Part shown: positions 9,454 through 18,309 of the stretch, one piece after another
How the letters are laid out: every line of letters starts with the position of its first letter
Numbering within the stretch: position 1 is the stretch's first letter
IMG/VR virus record: IMGVR_UViG_3300033990_000306
Span: 24,475-88,474 of that record
DNA length: 64,000 bases
Direction: 5' to 3' (one strand)
Source: a virus
The notes under the pieces: model-generated
Databases searched by the model: none
Told to the model about the DNA's origin: nothing
The model's input: only the letters and a program-made list of their open reading frames with translations
Translations under genes and position numbers: made by a program

Positions 9454-10356
9454 TTGAGAATAATAATGGCTCATATGTCGAAGAAAAATCCCATTGAACA
9501 ACTTTTGAGTAGAAAGAAACATAAGAAGCAGAAAAATAAAGCTTCTGTACCCACTGCTGAGTTTTATGACGAAGATGGGAATTTTATCGGAAGCATAACT
9601 AAAGGGAGAGAAATGAAAACAGAAGAAGAAATAAGGAAAGAGAAAATAAGAAAAGCAATAGACGCTAAGGTCGCTCAGTACAAAGTTAGAAAAGACGAGG
9701 AAGAGCTTGTAGAAGAGGAAGAGGAAGAGTCTGTTGATGTTGATGAAATTAAGGAAATGCTCGCAGAAGTTCTTGCTATACTCAGAGGAGAGGCAGAAGG
9801 AGAAGCCGCTTCCGAAGAGTCAGAAGAAGTCGAAGAGTTCCCTGATGCAGATGAAGTTAAAGCTATTAGAGCCCTCGCTTCAAAGTACGGAGGACTGAAA
9901 GGAATTAAAAAGCGGCTTATTGCTAAAGAAGAGGAAAAGCATAAACCTAAAGAAGCAACGGAGAGCGTTGATACTGGTAAAGATGAGAGAGAAGTGGAGG
10001 AAGATGACTTTGGTTCTTTCGAGGAACAGGGTAATGAGTCTCCAAAAGTAGCAGACAGAAATGTTCTTTCTGAGAAAGCAAACTATAAGAACGAGTATGG
10101 TAAGCCTAAAGAGCTTCCAGAGAAGTCTCAGCTTAGTCAGAAAGTTATTCCACAGGACTCAATTCCAGATCAATCATCTGTAAGCAGAACGACTAGCAAA
10201 CAGACCACAGGTAAATCTATGGAGGTTGGGGCAGTAGCTTCTGTTGAGAAAGGAGAAACTGAGAAAACTAATTCAGATATAGCAGACATTCTTAAAGGAA
10301 AGAAGAAAGCTAGGGATGTTATTGGTATTCAGAATGGAGGTGTGTTCGGTTGGTAA
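9454..10356 (+). CDS. capsid scaffolding protein (real start probably ATG 9466 or 9475)
   Basis: Highly charged, acidic, helical protein between protease and MCP; TATA box 9445-9450. Confidence 0.7.
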   Translation: MRIIMAHMSKKNPIEQLLSRKKHKKQKNKASVPTAEFYDEDGNFIGSITKGREMKTEEEIRKEKIRKAIDAKVAQYKVRKDEEELVEEEEEESVDVDEIKEMLAEVLAILRGEAEGEAASEESEEVEEFPDADEVKAIRALASKYGGLKGIKKRLIAKEEEKHKPKEATESVDTGKDEREVEEDDFGSFEEQGNESPKVADRNVLSEKANYKNEYGKPKELPEKSQLSQKVIPQDSIPDQSSVSRTTSKQTTGKSMEVGAVASVEKGETEKTNSDIADILKGKKKARDVIGIQNGGVFGW

Positions 10357-11618
10357 GAACACGAGCATTAACTTTTCAGGACATACTAACGTATTACGAA
10401 GGTAATGCGGCACAGCCTAATTTCTCACTTGGAGAATATCCTAGTATTCAGAAAGCAATAATCAACACAGGACAGGGTCTTGGAGTCTGGAATCCTATTT
10501 ACGGTTCTCAGGCTTGGTATCAGCTTAACACAGAAGCAAACTGGTTTTCAGCTATGCCTAAGCTTACTTGGGACAAGTCAGGTTTCAGAACGATACAGGG
10601 CTATACTAGAACAGCTTCCACTATGGCTATTAGTGAAACTTCAAGTCTGCCTACGCCTACAATACCTAACATAAATGTCATAAAGATAACTCCGAAAATT
10701 GCCATTAACACGTTTGAAACCTCACAGGTTGCACAACAGTTGGCTTCCGAGTCGATGGATGATATTTATGGTAACCTTGACGTAATAAGAAACTTCTATG
10801 CTACAGAACACGTCAAGCTGTTGAACGAACAGATAGGTCAGAAAGCGGTTGGTACTACAGTTGCAACTTCAGTTTCAGGAAGTGGAAGACTACAGTTTGA
10901 GAGTATAGACAGAATAATATCTTCATACCCCGAAGCTATAGCGGCTGGTCTTAGTGCAACTACTACGCCTACTATTAATCAGGTTATTAACCCGTGGCTG
11001 GGAGCATTACCTCAGAGAGGTCAGGGACCTAGTGTCTATGATGCTTTCGTTGTTAGTGGTAGTACAGCTATGGAGAAGAATGACAAGGGAACATTTACAG
11101 CCGTTAGTGACACATTTACCCCCGCCAATATAGCAGTAAGCACTTTGCTTTCAACTATACAGGGAGCGGCAATAAATGGGTCAAACGCTAACGTTGTAAT
11201 GACTGGTTATAACACCTATGCAAAAGTAACCAATCTCTTCCAGAGCAGGGTAGAATATTTCCCAATGAGTGAAACTCTTGTGAAGTACGACCTTAATGGT
11301 ATAGAGAGTGGAGAAGGTGTAATTGGTGGAGTTCAGGTAAGCACGGTCTTTGGTCTGCCTCTGATAAAAGCTGTAAACACACCTTCAAGTAACGGTAAGT
11401 TCGAGAATATGTATTTCTTGGACACGACTGATACAGAAGGATATGGTTACGGAAGACTTGGAGTACAGGTTCTTAACCCAACGACTTATCTTGAGACTAC
11501 AAGCAGAGACTTCATACTGCTACAACAGTTGGCATATGAGGGAATGTATTACACCATTGGTGAAAACGTATCCCGTTTCCCGGGCACTCTTGCTAAAATC
11601 AGAGATATTACAGGCTAA
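10350..11618 (+). CDS. major capsid protein, HK97 fold (archaeal tailed-virus type)
   Basis: Position after protease and scaffold. N-terminal NPIYG.QAW.QLN.EAN.F..MPK..WDKSG.R motif typical of archaeal head-tail virus MCPs. GGAGGTG RBS, TTG start, downstream terminator. Confidence 0.9.
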   Translation: MVRTRALTFQDILTYYEGNAAQPNFSLGEYPSIQKAIINTGQGLGVWNPIYGSQAWYQLNTEANWFSAMPKLTWDKSGFRTIQGYTRTASTMAISETSSLPTPTIPNINVIKITPKIAINTFETSQVAQQLASESMDDIYGNLDVIRNFYATEHVKLLNEQIGQKAVGTTVATSVSGSGRLQFESIDRIISSYPEAIAAGLSATTTPTINQVINPWLGALPQRGQGPSVYDAFVVSGSTAMEKNDKGTFTAVSDTFTPANIAVSTLLSTIQGAAINGSNANVVMTGYNTYAKVTNLFQSRVEYFPMSETLVKYDLNGIESGEGVIGGVQVSTVFGLPLIKAVNTPSSNGKFENMYFLDTTDTEGYGYGRLGVQVLNPTTYLETTSRDFILLQQLAYEGMYYTIGENVSRFPGTLAKIRDITG

Positions 11619-11635
11619 AATCATTAAACAATTTG

Positions 11636-11670
11636 CCTCCTAGTTTTTTTGGAGGCTTTATTATTTTTTT
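11636..11670 (+). terminator. hairpin plus T-rich terminator after MCP
   Basis: GCCTCC-N9-GGAGGC followed by TTTATTATTTTTTT. Confidence 0.7.
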
Positions 11671-11711
11671 ATAATTGAGTATTTTTAAGTATTAGTTAGT
11701 ATTTTAGTGGT

Positions 11712-12023
11712 ATGGACATAAGTGTGAGTACTTTCAAAGTAGACATTTTTAAAATTGAGTCTATAGTAGAGTATACTGACGAAGGAGAATATGTTGATAC
11801 TAATTTCGTAATGTCTCTTTCACATAAAAGTTCGAATGAGTATGATACTATGAAGGCTTATTCTATTCTTAATTCTATGAATAAGAGTGTTGGAAGTTAT
11901 AGTGATTATGTAGATTCTTTGGTTGATTATGTAGTTGGAACATTTGACGTTTTAAAAGCGGCTGTTAAGTTTACATTAGAGGACAGAGGAAGAATTGAAG
12001 ATGATGACGGTATGTATGCTTAA
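11712..12023 (+). CDS. small protein, possibly a degenerate QueF/QueF-like T-fold
   Basis: Spacing resembles QueF (GEYVD~TGQPD; ILNSMNK..GSYSD~YLFSFRN..DFHED; DRGRI~PRGGI), but the catalytic Cys and Glu are absent. Confidence 0.35.
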   Translation: MDISVSTFKVDIFKIESIVEYTDEGEYVDTNFVMSLSHKSSNEYDTMKAYSILNSMNKSVGSYSDYVDSLVDYVVGTFDVLKAAVKFTLEDRGRIEDDDGMYA

Positions 12024-12086
12024 GTTTATTAATTTAGTATTTTTAGAATAAAAAAACGAATAAATACTCAAAGGGAATGGGGAAGA

Positions 12087-14378
12087 ATGATAACCGAAGT
12101 AATTAAGAGAAATGGTAAGACTGTTAAGTATGATATAAAGAAAATTACTAAGGCAATATACAAAGCTATGATTGCTAGTAATTTGAGTAATATGAGTGAG
12201 GCTAAGAAATATGCCGAAGAAGTTGAGAAGAGACTGGGAGAGGTCTCCATAATAGGAGTAGAGAAATTACAGGATGTAGTTGTTGAAGTGTTAAGAGAAC
12301 ATAATATTCTTTTGGCGAACATTTATTCCAGCTATAGAGAGGAGAGGAGTTTAGCAAGGAGAGTTGTTGAGAGAATGAATATAGTTGACGAGCTTAAGTT
12401 GCCCAAGAATAGTCTAGAAATTTTAGAGAGTAGGTATTTGCTGAGAGATAAAAATGGAAATATTATTGAAACTCCAAAAGAGTTGTTTGAAAGAGTTGGG
12501 AAAGCAATAGGAGTTATTGAGTTGTGTTATGATTATATTAGTTTTAAGAAAGAGCTTGGAAATGGGTTGAGGTATTTTGGAGAATTGAATATAGCTAAAG
12601 CCGAAAAGGTTTTGAATAATATAATAGCAGAAGCTCCACCCAGAGATAAAAATCCTTTGACATTCAGGGAGTATGTTTCTAAGTATGGTGGGAATGCTAT
12701 TTCTTATTCTAAAAAGTTTATTGACTTTATGAGTAAGTTAAAGTTTCTGCCAAATACTCCTACACTTATGAATGCTGGACTTCCTAACGCCCAATTATCA
12801 GCTTGTTATTTGTTGGGCATAGAAGACAATATGGAGAGTATATTTGACATAGTTAAGGAGACAGCTTTAATACATAAAACAGGTGGAGGTACAGGTTTTA
12901 ATTTTAGTAACTTGAGACCTCAGAATGATTTTGTTAGGAGTACTCAGGGAGTAGCTAGTGGTCCAATAAGTTTTATGAAAATATTTGATGCTGTAACAGA
13001 AGAAATAAAACAGGGAGGTAAAAGAAGAGGGGCTAATATGGGAATGCTCAGATATGACCATCCCGATATTCTTAAGTTTGTTACATTAAAGGACAGTGAA
13101 AATACAATACTGAGAAATTTTAATGTTAGTGTTATTGTAGACGAAGAGTTTTTTACAGCATTGAGAAATGACGGAGAAATAAAATTAAGGAATCCTCATT
13201 CTGTTGAGGTTGGGGAAATTGCTGGGAAAATAAGTGCAAAGAAGTTGTTTAAAGAAATAGCTTATAATGCTTGGAAGTCGGGAGACCCCGGTCTATTTTT
13301 TGTTGATACAGCCAATAGAGATAATTATTTGGAGGGGTATGGTGATATAGAGGGTACTAATCCTTGTGGTGAAGTTCCTATGCATCCTTTTGAGTCTTGT
13401 AACTTGGGAAGTATTAATTTATCTAAATTTGTTGATGAGAATGGAAGGTTTAAGGAAGAGGAGTTTAGAAGTGTAGTGAGGCTAGCAGTTAGATTTCTTG
13501 ATGATGTTATTGATGCAAATGAAATGGGTATAGAGAACGTAAGAAGAATGAATAGAATTGGAAGAAAAATAGGACTTGGAGTAATGGGATTTGCAGATAT
13601 GTTAGTCCTTATGAAAATTAAATATGATTCTCTTGAGGCATTAAATATGGGAGAATACGTAATGAAGACATTGCACGAAGAGTCTTACAAAATGTCAGAA
13701 GCATTAGCCATAGAGAAGTATCCTTTTCCGAATAGTACAGAAAAAATTACAACAGCAAAAGGAAACAAGTATACTGCTGGTAAAATAGAAATTCCTAGAA
13801 GAAATTCTACAGTTCAGAGTATAGCTCCTACTGGGACTATAAGTATAATAGCAGACTGTTCTTCTAGTATAGAGCCTTATTTTGCTTTAGCTTATAAGAG
13901 AGATTATGACGCTATGGGAGTAAATGGTGGGCTTCATACTCTTGTGGAGAAGAATAAGTATTTAGAGAGGGAGTTGAGAGAGAGAGGAATATATAGTGAG
14001 AGTTTAATTAATAGAATAGCAGAGAGTGGAAACCTTAGTAATATAAAAGAAATTCCAGAAGACTTGAGAGAGTTGTATGTTACTGCTCACGAAATTTCTC
14101 CAGAGTGGCATATAATGATGCAGGCAGTATTTCAGAATTATTGTGATAGTGGGGTTAGTAAGACTATTAATATGCCTAACTCAGCTACGGTAGAGGACGT
14201 TGAAAAGGCTTATCTTATGGCTAGGGAATTAAATTGTAAGGGTATAACAATATTCAGAGATGGAAGTAAGAGTACTCAGGTTTTAAAGACTCTAAAGAAA
14301 GAAGTTAATTTAGAGTTGCCTTTGGAAATTCCATTAGACCCTAATGTAACTTGCGCTCACGGAACTTGTGAGCTTTAA
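12087..14378 (+). CDS. nrdJ: class II (adenosylcobalamin-dependent) ribonucleotide reductase with N-terminal ATP cone
   Basis: VIKRNG ATP cone, PNTPTLMNAG, QLSACY, GGGTGFNFS, RRGANMG, TNPCGE, SIAPTGTIS, SKTINMP, C-terminal CAHGTCEL. No beta subunit, no intein. Confidence 0.93.
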   Translation: MITEVIKRNGKTVKYDIKKITKAIYKAMIASNLSNMSEAKKYAEEVEKRLGEVSIIGVEKLQDVVVEVLREHNILLANIYSSYREERSLARRVVERMNIVDELKLPKNSLEILESRYLLRDKNGNIIETPKELFERVGKAIGVIELCYDYISFKKELGNGLRYFGELNIAKAEKVLNNIIAEAPPRDKNPLTFREYVSKYGGNAISYSKKFIDFMSKLKFLPNTPTLMNAGLPNAQLSACYLLGIEDNMESIFDIVKETALIHKTGGGTGFNFSNLRPQNDFVRSTQGVASGPISFMKIFDAVTEEIKQGGKRRGANMGMLRYDHPDILKFVTLKDSENTILRNFNVSVIVDEEFFTALRNDGEIKLRNPHSVEVGEIAGKISAKKLFKEIAYNAWKSGDPGLFFVDTANRDNYLEGYGDIEGTNPCGEVPMHPFESCNLGSINLSKFVDENGRFKEEEFRSVVRLAVRFLDDVIDANEMGIENVRRMNRIGRKIGLGVMGFADMLVLMKIKYDSLEALNMGEYVMKTLHEESYKMSEALAIEKYPFPNSTEKITTAKGNKYTAGKIEIPRRNSTVQSIAPTGTISIIADCSSSIEPYFALAYKRDYDAMGVNGGLHTLVEKNKYLERELRERGIYSESLINRIAESGNLSNIKEIPEDLRELYVTAHEISPEWHIMMQAVFQNYCDSGVSKTINMPNSATVEDVEKAYLMARELNCKGITIFRDGSKSTQVLKTLKKEVNLELPLEIPLDPNVTCAHGTCEL

Positions 14379-14416
14379 TTGAATAAGGTTTAAATAGTAG
14401 CGTCTAATTATGGAGT

Positions 14417-14830
14417 ATGGTCATAGATACAAGCGAAATAAGTACTCTGAATGCACAGGCTAGTTTTCCTAAAGTTTTGATAGGTTCAGGCTCTTTTAGT
14501 AAAGGAGCGTCAATATTTTCTACTACTTATATAGTGGAAAGTACTGGAAATGTTTTTGTTAAAGCTTTTGAGTATGGTACTGATGTAGCTAGCGGAGATG
14601 GTTCTATAAAGATTTCAGCAGTCAGTTCTTTCAATTCTTCATTCGCTCCTAGTACTACAGTCTCAACGACTTCATTTCTAGGAGGGGCTGGAATAGTATT
14701 TGCACCTTTCAACACGCAATATCCTATTGATACAGTTCTCACTATAACAGTCTCAGCTTCCGTGAGTACTACTTCAACAGTAGGATACGCCTTCGAGCTT
14801 TCTGAGCTTCAGACTGGTATATTCCGGTAA
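14417..14830 (+). CDS. putative virion (head decoration-like) protein
   Basis: S/T-rich beta protein with its own TATA box (14389-14394) and a downstream T-tract. Confidence 0.45.
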   Translation: MVIDTSEISTLNAQASFPKVLIGSGSFSKGASIFSTTYIVESTGNVFVKAFEYGTDVASGDGSIKISAVSSFNSSFAPSTTVSTTSFLGGAGIVFAPFNTQYPIDTVLTITVSASVSTTSTVGYAFELSELQTGIFR

Positions 14831-14910
14831 GTTTAAATTAGAGTTTGTTATTCTTTTTTTATGTCAAAACTAGCATTAGCTATGACTCTAATAAATAGGA
14901 GAAAAGAATA

Positions 14911-15618
14911 ATGGGATTTCAATGGAACGGTGGAACAACTGCAAATTATTACGTAACAGCAGACGATGTATTAAAGTTTTTAAAAATAGATAATTTGTAT
15001 ACTTCTACTACCCAGTATAATAGCGACATAACTTTGCTTAATACTATTATTATACCTTCAAATTGTAGTTATATAGATACTATAACAGGGAGAAGTTGGG
15101 GGAAAGTGTTGAGTCAGGTCGAGACCTATAGTATAAGTAAACCTTCTTACTTGGGTTGGTACTTGGTTGGGGCTCCAGTTTATTTAGAACATTATCCTGT
15201 TATTCCTGCTAGTAGTACTCATACTGCCGTTCAATTAGGAATTTGGAATGGTACTCAATATAGTAATTGGATAGGTACTATGGTTGAGGCTAGGTGGGGT
15301 AGTTATTGGTTTGATGATGAGAATGGAATTTTGTGGATAATAGGGTGGTACTGGTATATGGGTTATGAAGTTAGAATACAATATTATTATGGGTATAATA
15401 CTAGCCAGACTCCTTATATGGATGGGCAGATATATAATTTAGCTTTGTATAAAAGTGCTAAGATGTTTCTAGACAATGAGCGTTATACTGCTCAGGTTGC
15501 TGAAAATGTTGGGGGTATTGAAATGCAACGTTTCTACGACTGGATTAGTGATGAAATAAAGAAACTTGAGGATGCGGTTCTTGGTTATAGAATATTGACT
15601 AGAAGCTGGATGTCTTGA
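14911..15618 (+). CDS. head-tail adaptor protein
   Basis: YVTADDV..FL.I N-terminus, IDTITGRSW, VRIQYYYGY...I..LA and a helical C-terminus typical of SPP1 gp15-like adaptors. Confidence 0.65.
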   Translation: MGFQWNGGTTANYYVTADDVLKFLKIDNLYTSTTQYNSDITLLNTIIIPSNCSYIDTITGRSWGKVLSQVETYSISKPSYLGWYLVGAPVYLEHYPVIPASSTHTAVQLGIWNGTQYSNWIGTMVEARWGSYWFDDENGILWIIGWYWYMGYEVRIQYYYGYNTSQTPYMDGQIYNLALYKSAKMFLDNERYTAQVAENVGGIEMQRFYDWISDEIKKLEDAVLGYRILTRSWMS

Positions 15619-15675
15619 GGTTAGAATAACTTTTAGTACTATGTTTTACTACCGTAATTATGACGGAGGAAGACG

Positions 15676-16026
15676 ATGATGCAAGCCGTAGGTGGGCATC
15701 TTATAGCAGACTTATATGGAGTGAATGCTATTTTTCTGGAGAAAATTCAACCAATAAAGAATATAGTGGAAGAGGCTATAGCTGAGGGTAAGTTAACAAA
15801 AATATCTTCTGATTATTTTCAGTTTTCTCCTGTAGGAGTTAGTGGGATAGTTTTAATTTCGGAGAGTCACGTTAGTTTTCATACCTTTCCAGAGAAGGGT
15901 ATATTGACATTAGACTTGTATACTTGCGGGGATGTTATGTATTTGTTTAAGACTTATGAAATTTTAATTGGAATTTTACAGCCGGAGAGTGTTAAAACTA
16001 CTTTCTTGCAGAGGGGAGAATATTAA
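15676..16026 (+). CDS. speH: S-adenosylmethionine decarboxylase proenzyme family (pyruvoyl-dependent)
   Basis: GGHLIADLYG, FSPVGVSGIVLISESHVSFHTFPEKG (E-S self-cleavage site), LDLYTCG. Confidence 0.9.
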   Translation: MMQAVGGHLIADLYGVNAIFLEKIQPIKNIVEEAIAEGKLTKISSDYFQFSPVGVSGIVLISESHVSFHTFPEKGILTLDLYTCGDVMYLFKTYEILIGILQPESVKTTFLQRGEY

Positions 16027-16229
16027 TGAGTAGTGAAGAGGTTAAGTTGTTTCATAGAAGAGTTTTGAGGAAGGTTAGAGAGGTTTTGTATAGTATATTA
16101 GAAGACGAGTTTGGAGAGAATGTTAGTTATAATACTAAAGAGACATCTATAGAAATAAGTGGAGTAACAGTGAAAGAGGTTAAGGAAGCTTTAGAAAGAC
16201 CTTCTTGGAGAAAAAATTTATGGCACTAA
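16026..16229 (+). CDS. hypothetical protein
   Basis: Coupled to the upstream stop (TAATG), GAGGGG RBS. Confidence 0.5.
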   Translation: MSSEEVKLFHRRVLRKVREVLYSILEDEFGENVSYNTKETSIEISGVTVKEVKEALERPSWRKNLWH

Positions 16230-16262
16230 AGTTTATAAGGAAGTAACTAATAAAGGCATAAT

Positions 16263-17207
16263 ATGACGACTCCAACTATTTTTCCAGCAAGTGTATTTCA
16301 GGCTTCATTTGGGCAAGAAACTGCATTCGGTAGTGGTGCAGGTACTACATTAGGTGTTTTAGGTGTACAAATGTCTATTACTGATTTTAAGCAGGAGAAT
16401 CAATTTGAAGGTTTATATAGGCTGGGAAGCAGGGCGGCTCAATTATTTTATAGTAAAGGTTTAGAAGTTTCTGCTTCAGCTAATTTTACTATGGCTACAG
16501 ACAATAAGAGTTGGCTTAATTTAATGCTTAACTATGTTTCTAGTACTTCTGGTGATTATTGGACAATACCAGATGAGGTTGGGGAGTTAAAGAGTGCATT
16601 TATGGATTTGCAAGATGAAAAGGGTTATTATTATATTGCTAAAGGATTTGTTGTTGACACGGCTGATTTATCTTTTAAAGAAGGTGAAACTTGTGATGTT
16701 AAACTTTCTCTAAAAGGACAGACCGTTAATTACCAGAGTAGTACGGCATTGCCTTCTACTTTCCAAGCTGGAGGTACTTTAAGTTATCCTATTGATTTTA
16801 CTACGTGGGCTAATGTTCAGGTAGTTTATAACGGAAAATATGGTAGTACTACGTTTAGCGTTCAGCCTATAAAAGAATTAACAATAAACATTAAGAACAA
16901 TTTGCAATTCTATTATGGACTGGGTTCAATAGAATATGTAGGGTTTGTACCACAGAAACTAGAAGTTAGTGGAAAGATGGATATATTGCACGATAGTAAT
17001 TTGATTGAGCATATACTTACTACTTCGACTACTCAGAGTAGTACTAATTCTTATACTTTAGTTTTGACAATAGGAGGAACGGCAAGTCCTTATATTATAA
17101 CTATAGAAGGTATGTATTGGAATGACGGTAGTATGACATTTACTCCAGTAGACCCGATAGTTGATGAGTTTAATTTTAAGGCTAGAAATATTAAAGTAAC
17201 AACGTAG
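16263..17207 (+). CDS. major tail tube protein
   Basis: FGQETAFG N-terminus, Y.LGSR and YGLGS repeats, GFVVD...LSF..GE, LEVSGK; directly upstream of the chaperone and tape measure. Confidence 0.8.
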   Translation: MTTPTIFPASVFQASFGQETAFGSGAGTTLGVLGVQMSITDFKQENQFEGLYRLGSRAAQLFYSKGLEVSASANFTMATDNKSWLNLMLNYVSSTSGDYWTIPDEVGELKSAFMDLQDEKGYYYIAKGFVVDTADLSFKEGETCDVKLSLKGQTVNYQSSTALPSTFQAGGTLSYPIDFTTWANVQVVYNGKYGSTTFSVQPIKELTINIKNNLQFYYGLGSIEYVGFVPQKLEVSGKMDILHDSNLIEHILTTSTTQSSTNSYTLVLTIGGTASPYIITIEGMYWNDGSMTFTPVDPIVDEFNFKARNIKVTT

Positions 17208-17218
17208 GAGAGAGGAAT

Positions 17219-17527
17219 ATGAGAGAGGAAATAATAGAAGTTAACGGAAAGAAAATAACGGCTAAAATAAGAGAAATAACGTATGATGAAATGTCTAGTG
17301 TTTTGCAGAGATGCTCAGAGACTAAGATGGTTGGTACTGTAGTGAACTCTCAGCTTAATATTTTTAAGTTACAGAGGGAGATTGCGGGGCTAGCAGTAAC
17401 TCTTAGTGAGGGCAAGGTGGGAGACCTTCCTGCGAAGATTGGTAGACATTTAGAGGAGATAGCATTGGAGGAGAGTGGGCTAGAAGACTCATCCTTTCGT
17501 GAAGCTCTCTCAGACAGTAAAGAATGA
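17219..17527 (+). CDS. tail assembly chaperone (G)
   Basis: Between tail tube and TMP; in-frame TCC TTT CGT near the 3' end. Confidence 0.8.
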   Translation: MREEIIEVNGKKITAKIREITYDEMSSVLQRCSETKMVGTVVNSQLNIFKLQREIAGLAVTLSEGKVGDLPAKIGRHLEEIALEESGLEDSSFREALSDSKE

Positions 17528-17669
17528 GTGGGAGTTAGAGTATATTTTTGCTAGAGACCTTCATATAAGTGGAGAGGAGTTTAGGAGTATGCCTTATAGA
17601 AAAATTAAGTATTTTATTAAATTGCTCAAAGACGACAAAGAACTTATGAACAAACAATTTTCGAAATAG
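17219..17669 (+). CDS. tail assembly chaperone GT form via +1 programmed frameshift at 17492-17500
   Basis: The +1 frame from 17499 reads VKLSQTVKNEWELEYIFARDLHISGEEFRSMPYRKIKYFIKLLKDDKELMNKQFSK* (TAG 17667-17669), a typical T-segment with no start codon of its own at its 5' end. Confidence 0.75.
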
Positions 17670-17712
17670 AAATTTTTATATATTTTTTCATAATACACTT
17701 TCGGGGATAAAA

Positions 17713-18279
17713 ATGACAGATATATTGAATGAGTTTGGAAAAGCCGCAGAAGGAATAACTATATTGGCTGTAATACTGTCTTTGTTTGTTGGACTGCCTT
17801 TCTTTGTTGTTAGAATGTTTTATAGACTAAGCAGGTATTCTTTGAGAATTGGGGCTATACTTGGGTTAATAATGTTAGTTATATTCTGGGAAGTTAGTAA
17901 TATATTTTTAGCCGCTTCTAATTTGACTTGGTTTGGAGATATATTTTATATTTACTTTTTTGGCATATTTATAGGCATTGGTATATCAATTATATATGCT
18001 ATGGGTCAAAGAGAGAATGGAGATTGTAATTATTATAGTAAGGTTCCTAGTAATTTTGGAGCAGACTTTCTATATTTTATTTTAGCGGTAGTGCCATTCT
18101 TCTTTTATGGAGTAATGACTTTGCTTAATTATAATTATGTTGGAGTTTGGGCGGCAGTAGACTATGTATTATTAATTTGGGGTATTATAGGAATATTAAT
18201 AGGAACATTGCTAGAAGTTATTGAAATGATAGCTAACTCGGAATATAAGAAGAATTTGCATAAAAGTGTTCCTTCATAA
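17713..18279 (+). CDS. multi-pass membrane protein (moron-like)
   Basis: About five hydrophobic helices; own TATA-like TTTTTATATA near 17673. Confidence 0.65.
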   Translation: MTDILNEFGKAAEGITILAVILSLFVGLPFFVVRMFYRLSRYSLRIGAILGLIMLVIFWEVSNIFLAASNLTWFGDIFYIYFFGIFIGIGISIIYAMGQRENGDCNYYSKVPSNFGADFLYFILAVVPFFFYGVMTLLNYNYVGVWAAVDYVLLIWGIIGILIGTLLEVIEMIANSEYKKNLHKSVPS

Positions 18280-18309
18280 AGTTTATAATAGACTTTATAA
18301 TAAGCAGTC

